In this document: in pieces, positions 39,093 through 48,004 of the stretch | How positions within the stretch are numbered: position 1 is the stretch's first letter | Layout of the letters: every line of letters begins with the position of its first letter | Source of the DNA: an uncultured Pelagibacteraceae bacterium | GTDB lineage: Bacteria; Pseudomonadota; Alphaproteobacteria; Pelagibacterales; AG-422-B15 | Direction of reading: 5' to 3' | Assembly: GCA_902611715.1 (NCBI GenBank) | Contig: CACMAQ010000003.1 | Coordinates: forward strand, 1 to 62,266 | Length of the DNA: 62,266 nucleotides | Notes under the pieces: generated by a model | The model's database searches: none | Seen by the model: the letters and a program-made list of their open reading frames with translations, nothing else | What the model was told of the DNA's origin: nothing | Program-made: the position numbers and the translations under genes

Positions 39093-39792
39093 AGAAGAAA
39101 ATCTTTTCATTAAAAAGAAACTCTTAACTGAAAATATAAACTCAATCAGTGAACCAATTACTCATGTACGTCATCTCTCAAAAAAATTACAAGTAGAAAA
39201 TAAAAAAGTATTTTTAGTTGGAAGTCAGCAGACATTAAAAACAATCAAACTCAAAAAAAACCTAAAGTATTTGAATAAATCTATTTTTTTTATAATTGGA
39301 AAAAAAAGTGCATTACATTTTAAGAAACTTAAATTAAAAGCTAAGTTAGTTGGAATTGATAGTATTGATTTGGTCTCTAAGATAAGAAAAAATAAAATCT
39401 ATAAAGATCATAAAATTGAGTATCTTTGTAGCAACATAAACAATTCAACATTGGTTGCAGACCTAAAAAAAACAAAAAAAGAAATTAAGAAAAATATTCT
39501 CTATAAAATTACACCAAAAAAACATTTCCAGAAAAAAACACTTAATTCTCTAAATCATGATAAAGTTAAAGTTGTGATGCTTTTTTCAAAGTTCAACAGC
39601 GAAACCTTTTTAAAAATATGCAAACACCACAAGATCCAAAAAAAAAATTTATGTAAGATCCATTTCATCACGATGAGCAAACGCAATTCGTCCAAACTCA
39701 TTAAACTTGGCATGAAAGTAAGTTGGCCAACTAAACCAGAACTGCTTCCAATGATTAAACTAGCAATTAAGAAGTATAAATCTCACGTCTAG
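39070..39792 (+). CDS. hemD: Probable uroporphyrinogen-III synthase, highly divergent and Lys-rich
   Basis: 240 aa directly after hemC, overlapping it by 23 nt. The block pattern (ILLTR..., VFLVGSQQT, FFIIGKKSA, VVMLFSKFNSE, HFITMSKRNS) mirrors the two-lobe HemD layout. Identity to known HemD was not verified. Confidence 0.55.
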   Translation: MILLTRHKEENLFIKKKLLTENINSISEPITHVRHLSKKLQVENKKVFLVGSQQTLKTIKLKKNLKYLNKSIFFIIGKKSALHFKKLKLKAKLVGIDSIDLVSKIRKNKIYKDHKIEYLCSNINNSTLVADLKKTKKEIKKNILYKITPKKHFQKKTLNSLNHDKVKVVMLFSKFNSETFLKICKHHKIQKKNLCKIHFITMSKRNSSKLIKLGMKVSWPTKPELLPMIKLAIKKYKSHV

Positions 39793-39953
39793 AGATCTGG
39801 TGGTATTTTTATAACATTTTTCAGCGATAACATTCTGATGGATAAAACCTTATTGCGCGTACAAATTATTTTTTGGCTGTTTTTAGGGATTTATTTTTGT
39901 TTCACTTCAAATACAACCACTAAAAAAACAAGTATTTTCCGATGTTTAATTGC

Positions 39954-39982
39954 TTGACTAAATTTGTTTTTTTAAGTTCAAT
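39954..39982 (+). promoter_or_regulatory. Possible sigma-70-type promoter for the DUF1302 operon
   Basis: TTGACT (39954-39959), a 17-nt spacer, then TTCAAT (39977-39982), 45 nt upstream of ATG 40028. The RBS AGGGGGA lies at about -14 to -8. Pattern match only. Confidence 0.3.
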
Positions 39983-40027
39983 GGTCCAATATTTAATTGT
40001 AATAGGTACATAGGGGGACTTATTTAT

Positions 40028-42868
40028 ATGTCAACGAACAATATTTTTGGGTCATTTGTAAAGATACTATTTGCTGTATCGCTTATGCAAATGTCAACTA
40101 TCGCTGTAAAAGCCAACGACTTAAGCTTTGGTGGCTTTGAAGGAACATTATCAACAATTGTATCTTCAGGTGTTGCAATTCGAACTGAAGATAATAATTG
40201 CAGACTGATTTCAGGAGACTCACTTGACCCAGATGGTGCTGGCGCAGAAGACAGATCATCGTTTACAAGTTTTGTTGGTTATACTGCTGATGACGGAAAT
40301 GGTGGTTGTAATGTTTACGAAACTGACAGTTATGGCAATACGTCATCAAAAACTCTCGCAAGAGTTAATTCAAACCAGGATGATGGTAAATTAAACTTTA
40401 ATAAAGGTGATGTGTTTGATGGCGGTAATACCATTTCGTTAAGTTACTTTGGTACTAATAGCCAAGGTATTAGTTTAAACCTTTCAGGTACAGCTTACTA
40501 TAATGCTGCTTTGGATTTTAATGATCCAACATTTAAAGCATTTACGACAGATCAAAAAGATTATTTTGAAAATCAATACAAGCTTGGTAATGCTTATGTC
40601 AGTGTCCCTCTTACTGATAGTGTAAGTATTACAGCTGGTAACTATATTCAGTCACAAGGTGTGACTGCTTTATTGCCTATTGGCGTAAATGTTGTTAACC
40701 CAGTGAACCTACCCCTCTTACGTTCACCAGGTGCGCAATTAAAAGACGCACTGCTTCCACAAGCAATGATTGGAATGACTGCGTTCTTGGATGGTGGTAT
40801 AACGTTGGATGCTTATTATCAACTTGAACAAAAAGAAGTCGAAATTGACGCTGCGGGATCTTTCTATGGCAGTGACTTCGTTGGAAAATATTCAAGTACA
40901 GATTTGATGAATTCACCAAACTACAGAGAGAACAAAAACCTCCCGTTCGCTGGAAACTATCACGATGCAGCAGCATGTTTCTCTGACGGTATAACTGGTC
41001 AATGTACAGACTCTGAGCTATGGGCAGGCCTTGAGACTGATGGTTCAGGTACGCCTACTAATAGTGGAGAAGGTGCTCTTTACTTAAACTATGCTCAACT
41101 TGGTGGCGGTGGATCAGCAAACGTACTTGCTGGATGGAACTTAACTAACAATCCTGCAGAATCAGGTGTAGCAGACGCAACAGACCTTGATAGTTTAATT
41201 ACTAATTCATTGGCCTCGGCGGCTGGACTCACTACACTAGTATCTGGGCCAGGCGCACAAAATCTTGGTGTCACTCTAACTGATGATCAAATTAATGGTT
41301 CACTAAATAGACTATATTCTCAGTGGAGAGGTGTTGGCGCAACTTCTGGTTTAGTTTCAGTTGCACGTGCACCTGACATCGAAGCTGATGATAGTGGGCA
41401 ATATGGTATTAACCTATCAGGATATCTTGACAATGTTGGTTCAGGTGTTGAGTGGGGACTATATTTTAATAACTCACATTCAAATGCTCCAAGAATACGT
41501 TTCTTAACAATTGCTGATGGATATGCTTCAACACTTTATTCAATGTATGCAGTTCAAGATGGAGGTAAAGATTACGTAGATGGTGAAACCCCATCAGCGT
41601 TTGAGTCCGCTCAAGCGAGTGTTGCTTATGGTTCACTGATATGTGGAGTGGTTTATAAAGCATTAGCTGGTTCAGCGGCTCCTTATGGCGCTTTCTCAAA
41701 TCAGGCTGCTGGAAGCTCAACGTCATCATACTTGCACGATCCTGAGAAATGTTATGCAACAATAGATCAATTAGCTGCAGTTGGCGGTGCCGCTGTTTGG
41801 AATGCGCAAGAAAATCTTGGTAACCCAAACAATACAGAGCACGCAAGTAAAGCTGCTGCAATTGCTGCGACACAAGCAGCTGCTCATGCGCAGGGAACAG
41901 GCGCAACTAATGGTGCAATTGCAACTCTTGGATTTGGTAACGCTGCTCGATATCAGATATACTATCCTGAGGATATACAGACATTTGGAGCTTCAATTTC
42001 AACAGGAGTTGGTTCATGGGCAACAAACTATGAAGTTGCTTTCAGACCTGACTACCCGTTCCAAATCGCAGTACCTCAATTATTGTTAAACGTTTACGAC
42101 TCAACTGGCGGTACAATGATTCAGAGCTTGACTAGCTTCGCAACAGCTACTGAGGCCCAACAAGCTGCAATAGCTAATGCTAACGGAATATCTCTTAATA
42201 AATGGTCGTCTCAACCTAACTGTGATATTTCGTCTGCGACTGGTAAAATGTCCACAGAAATGTCTGGTTACGCAACCTGTGATGGAACAGCCGAGTTTGA
42301 TGCTTGGACGTTCGATTTCAATGCAGCCAGATCATTTACACCGTCTGATCCAATCGCTGTCAATGCAGGGGCTGATGGTGGTTTTGCTCTAGTTGAAATT
42401 GGAGCAGTTTGGATCCCTGACTTAAACTCAGCTCAAGGACTTGTTGCAACTAATCATCAATCCTTTGGTCATGATGTTTATGGCGGAGGATGCGTAGATA
42501 TTGCGGGTACAGCTAAATTAGCTGTGCAGAGTAACGCTTTATTCGGTGATGGTTATTGTGAGGATGGTTCTGTAGCTGATGAGTTGGCAATGACTAGTCG
42601 TTTTAGAGCTGGCTTAAGCTACTTTAACTTTTATAATTCTCCGTGGACTTTCTCACCCTCAATAGGCATTGACTATGACTTCTCTGGTAATGGAGCTTCG
42701 TCATTAGGTGGTTATGTTGAGGATGAAGTGAGTATTACACTTGGAAGCTCATTCTCTAACGGTGGAACATCTATAAGTTTAAACTACGTTGCTGAACTTG
42801 GTGATTTTAAAGATAACACCAGCTCTGATAGAGATTATCTCTCAGCAACTGTTTCACATGCATTTTAA
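40028..42868 (+). CDS. DUF1302-family outer-membrane beta-barrel protein (unusually long)
   Basis: 946 aa with a signal-like N-terminus ...STIAVKA-ND, the family-typical NQDDGKLNFNKGD and an aromatic C-terminus TVSHAF. The Gly/Ala/Ser/Thr-rich middle part looks like an insertion. Confidence 0.75.
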   Translation: MSTNNIFGSFVKILFAVSLMQMSTIAVKANDLSFGGFEGTLSTIVSSGVAIRTEDNNCRLISGDSLDPDGAGAEDRSSFTSFVGYTADDGNGGCNVYETDSYGNTSSKTLARVNSNQDDGKLNFNKGDVFDGGNTISLSYFGTNSQGISLNLSGTAYYNAALDFNDPTFKAFTTDQKDYFENQYKLGNAYVSVPLTDSVSITAGNYIQSQGVTALLPIGVNVVNPVNLPLLRSPGAQLKDALLPQAMIGMTAFLDGGITLDAYYQLEQKEVEIDAAGSFYGSDFVGKYSSTDLMNSPNYRENKNLPFAGNYHDAAACFSDGITGQCTDSELWAGLETDGSGTPTNSGEGALYLNYAQLGGGGSANVLAGWNLTNNPAESGVADATDLDSLITNSLASAAGLTTLVSGPGAQNLGVTLTDDQINGSLNRLYSQWRGVGATSGLVSVARAPDIEADDSGQYGINLSGYLDNVGSGVEWGLYFNNSHSNAPRIRFLTIADGYASTLYSMYAVQDGGKDYVDGETPSAFESAQASVAYGSLICGVVYKALAGSAAPYGAFSNQAAGSSTSSYLHDPEKCYATIDQLAAVGGAAVWNAQENLGNPNNTEHASKAAAIAATQAAAHAQGTGATNGAIATLGFGNAARYQIYYPEDIQTFGASISTGVGSWATNYEVAFRPDYPFQIAVPQLLLNVYDSTGGTMIQSLTSFATATEAQQAAIANANGISLNKWSSQPNCDISSATGKMSTEMSGYATCDGTAEFDAWTFDFNAARSFTPSDPIAVNAGADGGFALVEIGAVWIPDLNSAQGLVATNHQSFGHDVYGGGCVDIAGTAKLAVQSNALFGDGYCEDGSVADELAMTSRFRAGLSYFNFYNSPWTFSPSIGIDYDFSGNGASSLGGYVEDEVSITLGSSFSNGGTSISLNYVAELGDFKDNTSSDRDYLSATVSHAF

Positions 42869-42886
42869 TTTAGGAAAGGTTAAAAA

Positions 42887-44116
42887 ATGAATAAAATGAA
42901 TATAAAAAAATTAATTATATCATTGGTGTCATCAGTGATGATAACGTCTTCGGTAGCTCTGGCTGATGGACATGTAAGATACTCAGTGACGGCAGATAAC
43001 GTATCTGAGTATTCAAGCATGCTGACACCAGGCATGTTGAACATGTTTTCTGCTTACCCAGAAACATTCAGAATGGATGTTTATGAGGATGGTGGTAATT
43101 GCACAATAGCACCTGATATCGCTGCAATCAGTCAAACCAATGGGACAATGATAAACGATAACGAAGGATTAGAGCTTCCTAATGCGGGTCAAGTACCTTT
43201 CCCTGATCCATCACATCCTCAACACTTCGTTTGGAATTATCGTATGTACGCTGGAACAGTGAGTGCAGTTGACAGAGTTCAAACATCTGTAACTGTAAAA
43301 GCTGATGGTTCTAGAACAATAGGACAACAAGAAACATCAATATCGTTTCCGCCTAATCCAAACACAAAAACAATGTATGCAGATAAAAATTTATTTGCAT
43401 TGTTCATGCAGAAAAACCTTGGGCCACCAAGAACTGCAGGAACAGTTACTTTAGTTCATGACTTTATTGATAGTTATATGCAGCCTCGTAAAGCTTGGCA
43501 GTACAGCCCGGCAACAAGACGTGTAAGAAGAGCGCCTGATATTACTTATGATACGTTAACTACTGCTGGTGGCGGTATCGTAACAGTTGACTCATATGGC
43601 GGTTTCAATGGAGCACAGGACAGATACGATTGGTCTTACGAGGGTAAGCAAACTATGATCGTACCAATAAATAATGACATGTTATCTGAAACAGCTGTTG
43701 AAGATACGTTCATACCAAATCATCCAAATCCTGATGTGGTTAGATTTGAAGAAAGAGACGTTCATATTGTTCATGCACAATTAAAGCCTGGACAAAGACA
43801 CCTTTACGCTTCAAGAACTTTCTATTTCTTAGATGGTCAACCTGGAATGCTTGTTTACCATGATGCTTATGATGATAATCAAGACCTTATGAGAGCAATG
43901 TACCAAACAACGGTACAGGGCAACATGGGTGGCTCAGGTTTAGGTGATACAGACTGTAATGTTCAAGGTGAGTACACTATGGACTTTGCAACAAGAACCT
44001 ATTCTGGAACCAATCTGTTTGGACCAGCCCTATCTCCAAGGCCAACTGTCTATAATGGTGAAGAAAAAGCTGTAAGCTTTTATACACCCGATGGCTTAAG
44101 AAGGTACGCAAGATAA
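42887..44116 (+). CDS. DUF1329-family (LolA-like fold) periplasmic/outer-membrane-associated protein
   Basis: 409 aa with signal peptide ...SSVALA-DG. RKAWQYSPATRRVRRAPDITYDT is the hallmark DUF1329 segment. Lies 18 nt after the DUF1302 gene. Confidence 0.75.
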   Translation: MNKMNIKKLIISLVSSVMITSSVALADGHVRYSVTADNVSEYSSMLTPGMLNMFSAYPETFRMDVYEDGGNCTIAPDIAAISQTNGTMINDNEGLELPNAGQVPFPDPSHPQHFVWNYRMYAGTVSAVDRVQTSVTVKADGSRTIGQQETSISFPPNPNTKTMYADKNLFALFMQKNLGPPRTAGTVTLVHDFIDSYMQPRKAWQYSPATRRVRRAPDITYDTLTTAGGGIVTVDSYGGFNGAQDRYDWSYEGKQTMIVPINNDMLSETAVEDTFIPNHPNPDVVRFEERDVHIVHAQLKPGQRHLYASRTFYFLDGQPGMLVYHDAYDDNQDLMRAMYQTTVQGNMGGSGLGDTDCNVQGEYTMDFATRTYSGTNLFGPALSPRPTVYNGEEKAVSFYTPDGLRRYAR

Positions 44117-44146
44117 AAACTTAAAAATACTTCAAGTATTTTATAG

Positions 44147-44183
44147 AACCCGACTTGATTTCTTTTAAGTCGGGTTTTATTTT
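44147..44183 (+). terminator. Rho-independent terminator after the DUF1302-DUF1329 pair
   Basis: 10-bp stem AACCCGACTT / AAGTCGGGTT with a 10-nt loop, then TTATTTT. An A/T-rich hairpin (AAAATACTT / AAGTATTTT) precedes it at 44124-44142. Confidence 0.7.
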
Positions 44184-44194
44184 AGGTAGGGCTT

Positions 44195-45337
44195 ATGAAA
44201 TATTTTATTCTATTTTTTTCGTTGTGGTTTCCGCTTACTTTTAATGCCACGGCCAGTAATTTCAATTATGCAACTGGATTTGCTGCTATTAATGAAATGT
44301 CTTCAAAAGCCCTTATTAACGCAATGGAAAGAGTTGATGACCGTATTTATGCTGTTGGTGAACATGGTATTATTATTTATTCAGATGATCTTGGAGATAA
44401 CTGGACTCAATCTGAGAGCGTACCTTTCACAAATACACTTACAGATATAGACTGTATTTCAAAAAAAGAATGTTGGGCCACAGGTCACGATGCCACTATA
44501 TTGCATTCAAATGATTCTGGAAAAACTTGGATAAAACAGTATGAAGATATTGATTTTGATGCTCCTTTGCTCTCAATTCATATGTATGAAAGTGGCGAGG
44601 GAATAGCAATTGGTGCATTTGCATTATCACTGAGAACAACAGATGGTGGACAAAGTTGGGGTTATTTATTCATGGATGATGATGATTTCCAACCGCATTT
44701 TAATTATGCATATGGTGATTCACAAGCCTGGAGAAAATCATCAGCCAACGAAGCTTATGCAGTTGGTGAGATAGGAAAATATTACATTTCAGATGATAGA
44801 GGTTTAAATTGGCTTGTCGTGTCTACTGGATACGATGGTTCATATTGGTCTGGAATAAAAGTTGATGAAGGAAAGTCTCTGCTTTTAGGAATGTCAGGAA
44901 ACCTTACGTTAATAACACGTTATGGGCCTGAGGACATTGTGCCTCCAGAAAAATTTACCTCAATTGCATGTTATGAAGCTGGATATTTCAAAGATGATTG
45001 TAAGCTTTTTGCATTTGATAATATCTTTATTGGAACAAAAAACAGCTTAACCAATGCTATTATGATGGATGATGGACGTATCGCAATCAGTGGTAATGGT
45101 GGATCTGTGACCATTGTAGATCTCTATAGAAAAAAAACAGTTGAGACTTGTGTCAGATCTGATCGGCTCAGCAATACCTCAATCGTATATCTTGGCGGTG
45201 AAGAATTTTTATTAGCAGGGGAAGAAGGTTTCCGAAAGCATAGCATGGAAGAATGTTATGATAATTTTGTATCTTTTAACTCTAAGTCACAAGATACTTA
45301 TTACACTGTTGATTTAAATATGGTTCAGTTTTTCTAA
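44195..45337 (+). CDS. BNR/Asp-box repeat beta-propeller protein (Ycf48-like)
   Basis: 380 aa with a signal peptide and four Asp-boxes: SDDLGDNW, SNDSGKTW, TTDGGQSW, SDDRGLNW. Confidence 0.75.
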   Translation: MKYFILFFSLWFPLTFNATASNFNYATGFAAINEMSSKALINAMERVDDRIYAVGEHGIIIYSDDLGDNWTQSESVPFTNTLTDIDCISKKECWATGHDATILHSNDSGKTWIKQYEDIDFDAPLLSIHMYESGEGIAIGAFALSLRTTDGGQSWGYLFMDDDDFQPHFNYAYGDSQAWRKSSANEAYAVGEIGKYYISDDRGLNWLVVSTGYDGSYWSGIKVDEGKSLLLGMSGNLTLITRYGPEDIVPPEKFTSIACYEAGYFKDDCKLFAFDNIFIGTKNSLTNAIMMDDGRIAISGNGGSVTIVDLYRKKTVETCVRSDRLSNTSIVYLGGEEFLLAGEEGFRKHSMEECYDNFVSFNSKSQDTYYTVDLNMVQFF

Positions 45338-45343
45338 ATTCCT

Positions 45344-46114
45344 ATGGGCCGAGTAGAAAATAAAGTAGCGATAGTCACGGGCGCAGCTTCCGGACTCGGC
45401 TTTGCTGCAGCGCAGAAACTCATGGATGAGGGGGCAAAAGTATTTCTGACAGATATTAATGAAGAGGTCATCAACTCCATGCCTGAAAGACTTTCGAATT
45501 ACAGTGAGACACAATTTAATACTATGGCTCACGATGTTGCAAATGAAGACTCCTGGATTAATGTAATTGAAAATGCCGAAAATCACTTTGGTAAAATTAA
45601 TATTTTAGTCAATAGTGCAGGAATAAGTTTAGGCGCAGATGTTGTTTCTACAGATTTTGAAATCTGGAAAAAGGTTCATCAGGTAAATTTAGATAGCGTC
45701 TTTCTTGGATGTAAATATGCTGTGCCAATAATGAGCAAATCAGGACAAGGTTCGATCATTAACTTATCATCAATATCTGGTATCGTTGCTGGCTGGAATA
45801 CTGCTGCATATAACTCATCAAAAGCAGGGGTTCGTTTACTTAGTAAATCAGTTGCTCTTTACTGTGCGAAGAAAGGTTACGATGTTAGGTGCAATTCGGT
45901 TCATCCAGCTTTTGTAGATACTCCAATACTTGACCCTTTAAAACAGGCCTTTGGTGAAGAAAATGCTGTTGCTAAATTGTCTCGCCAAATTCCAATGAAT
46001 AAAATTGGTGACACAGACGATGTTTCTTATGCAATTTTGTATCTAGCATCAGATGAGAGCAAGTTCATGACAGGAACAGAAATTGTTCTTGATGGCGGAT
46101 TAAGCGCAATGTAG
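45344..46114 (+). CDS. Short-chain dehydrogenase/reductase (classical SDR)
   Basis: 256 aa with TGAASGLG, NSAG and catalytic YNSSK. Only 6 nt after the BNR gene. Confidence 0.85.
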   Translation: MGRVENKVAIVTGAASGLGFAAAQKLMDEGAKVFLTDINEEVINSMPERLSNYSETQFNTMAHDVANEDSWINVIENAENHFGKINILVNSAGISLGADVVSTDFEIWKKVHQVNLDSVFLGCKYAVPIMSKSGQGSIINLSSISGIVAGWNTAAYNSSKAGVRLLSKSVALYCAKKGYDVRCNSVHPAFVDTPILDPLKQAFGEENAVAKLSRQIPMNKIGDTDDVSYAILYLASDESKFMTGTEIVLDGGLSAM

Positions 46115-46130
46115 TTTCATTCTTGAGACT

Positions 46131-46826
46131 ATGAAAACTAAAAAAGCATTAATGATTGTACACCAGCCTCGATCCAGTACTGGAGATGTAGGAATGAAAT
46201 TACGTGAAAGAGGATATGAACTTGATGTTCGAAGACCTGTCATAGGTGAAAAGTTACCTCGATCAATGAAAGAACATGATGTTGCCGTTATTTATGGTGG
46301 ACCTCCAAGTGCTAACGATGATTTGGATTATATCAAATATGAAATTGATTGGATTTCAACAGCGCTATTATCTAATAAACCTTTTCTAGGAATCTGTTTG
46401 GGCGCACAAATGCTTGCTAAAAATTTAGGTGGCACTGTTCAACGTGCTAAAGATCATCAATTCGAAATTGGTTTTTATGACATAAAGCCAACGGGGGATG
46501 GTCATAAAATTTTTCAAAACCAAAAAACTTTTTTTCAATGGCATAAAGAAGGATTCACCGTGCCCAAATCTTGCGATATTTTAGCGTATGGTGAAACATT
46601 CCCTCAACAAGCATTTAATTATAAAAATGCAGTTGGTATACAATTTCACCCTGAGGTAAATCTTAAAATGCACCTGAGGTGGTTATATTTTGCAGGATAT
46701 ATGCTGAGAGAGAAGGGTGCGCAAAAACGTAATTATCAGATGCAGCAACGACTTAGTCATGGAAAAAAAATAAATATGTGGTTAGACTCTTTTATAGATA
46801 ATTATTTTCTTAGAGATAAATCATGA
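46131..46826 (+). CDS. Class I glutamine amidotransferase-like protein
   Basis: 231 aa with nucleophile elbow GICLGAQ and a HPE triad segment (IQFHPEV). Confidence 0.8.
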   Translation: MKTKKALMIVHQPRSSTGDVGMKLRERGYELDVRRPVIGEKLPRSMKEHDVAVIYGGPPSANDDLDYIKYEIDWISTALLSNKPFLGICLGAQMLAKNLGGTVQRAKDHQFEIGFYDIKPTGDGHKIFQNQKTFFQWHKEGFTVPKSCDILAYGETFPQQAFNYKNAVGIQFHPEVNLKMHLRWLYFAGYMLREKGAQKRNYQMQQRLSHGKKINMWLDSFIDNYFLRDKS

Positions 46827-47116
46827 ACTCACTCATAATTCTTGTTGATCAAATTATAAATCTTTATACCTGGGTGTTGATTATTAATGTTATATTTAGT
46901 TGGTTAATTGCTATGAGTATTTTTAATACTCAGAATAGAATTATTATTGCTATCTATTTTGGAACAAAAAGATTAACGGACCCACTTCTTAACCCAATAA
47001 GAAATTTTCTTCCAAATCTAGGAGGGATTGATATATCGCCAGTAGTTCTGATACTGATACTTTACTTTATAAGAAACTTACTTTACGAGTATTTTTATGC
47101 AGGAATTCCGATCTAA
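46823..47116 (+). CDS. yggT: YggT family membrane protein
   Basis: 97 aa. FSW...[22 protein letters not shown] matches the YggT pattern. ATGA overlap with the preceding gene. Confidence 0.8.
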   Translation: MNSLIILVDQIINLYTWVLIINVIFSWLIAMSIFNTQNRIIIAIYFGTKRLTDPLLNPIRNFLPNLGGIDISPVVLILILYFIRNLLYEYFYAGIPI

Positions 47117-47118
47117 AA

Positions 47119-48003
47119 ATGTCTGAGTCAAAAATTATCGATGGTAAAGAAATCGCAGCTGATCTCAGAGCTGAAACCGCTATCAAAGTTCAAGATTTTA
47201 AAAATAAATTTAATAAAACACCAACCCTTGCTGTTGTACTTGTAGGTGAAGATCCAGCAAGCCAAGTTTATGTTAATACAAAATCTAAAATGGCTAAAGA
47301 GATAGGAATGGATGTTGAAGATCATTTTTTCGATACCACTGTATCTGAAGAAAGGCTTTTGAAATTAATTGATAAACTTAATAATGATCAAAAAGTAAAT
47401 GGCATTCTTGTTCAATTGCCACTTCCATCACATATTGACTCAAGGGCCATTATTGATGCAATTGATCCGGTAAAAGACGCTGATGGTTTTCATGCTGTTA
47501 ATGTTGGCAGAAATTCAATAGGAGGCGAATTACTAAGTAAAACCTTTACTCCATGCACACCACTTGGATGCTACTTAATGCTTAAGAAAAGCATTTCTGA
47601 CTTGAAAGGAATGCATGCTGTAATTATTGGACGATCTAATATTGTTGGCAAACCAATGGCGCAACTGCTGCTTGAAGAGTCATGCACGGTAACAATAGTA
47701 CATTCTAAAACTAGAAATATCGAAGAAATTACAAAACAAGCTGATATTGTTGTTGCTGCAGTTGGACGTCCCTTAATGGTTAAAAGAGACTGGATTAAAG
47801 AAGGGGCTGTTGTGATCGATGTTGGTATTAACCGAGTAGAACACCCAGAAAAACCTGGAAAAACAAAACTTGTAGGCGATGTTGATTATGATGATGTATT
47901 TAGTATTGCGTCAGCAATTACACCAGTCCCAGGCGGTGTGGGTCCGATGACGATCGCATGTTTGTTAAAAAATACGGTAGATGCTGCTTTTAGACAGCAG
48001 TAG
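47119..48003 (+). CDS. folD: Bifunctional methylenetetrahydrofolate dehydrogenase / methenyl-THF cyclohydrolase
   Basis: 294 aa with [14 protein letters not shown] and [10 protein letters not shown]. Confidence 0.95.
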   Translation: MSESKIIDGKEIAADLRAETAIKVQDFKNKFNKTPTLAVVLVGEDPASQVYVNTKSKMAKEIGMDVEDHFFDTTVSEERLLKLIDKLNNDQKVNGILVQLPLPSHIDSRAIIDAIDPVKDADGFHAVNVGRNSIGGELLSKTFTPCTPLGCYLMLKKSISDLKGMHAVIIGRSNIVGKPMAQLLLEESCTVTIVHSKTRNIEEITKQADIVVAAVGRPLMVKRDWIKEGAVVIDVGINRVEHPEKPGKTKLVGDVDYDDVFSIASAITPVPGGVGPMTIACLLKNTVDAAFRQQ

Positions 48004-48004
48004 C

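Noticed and set aside
39838-39957. 39-aa ORF (MDKTLLRVQIIFWLFLGIYFCFTSNTTTKKTSIFRCLIA) with one hydrophobic segment, upstream of the DUF1302 gene
   Set aside because: It has no ribosome-binding site and no recognisable family. It overlaps the putative promoter of the downstream operon. It cannot be supported from the sequence alone. Conservation in relatives or ribosome profiling data could revive it.
41466-41906. Long antisense and out-of-frame ORFs inside the DUF1302 gene (146 aa at 41466-41906, also 40695-40976, 41781-42089, 42177-42392)
   Set aside because: They lie within a convincingly coding, locally GC-richer gene, where stop codons are rarer in every frame. Their translations are low-complexity (Gln/Leu/His-rich) with no recognisable motifs.
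40028-46114. Calling the DUF1302-DUF1329-BNR-SDR block a horizontally acquired genomic island
   Set aside because: I saw no integrase, transposase, flanking direct repeats or adjacent tRNA. The GC rise is shared by the unrelated porin-like gene and is plausibly an amino-acid-composition effect. This needs GC3 and phylogeny to decide.
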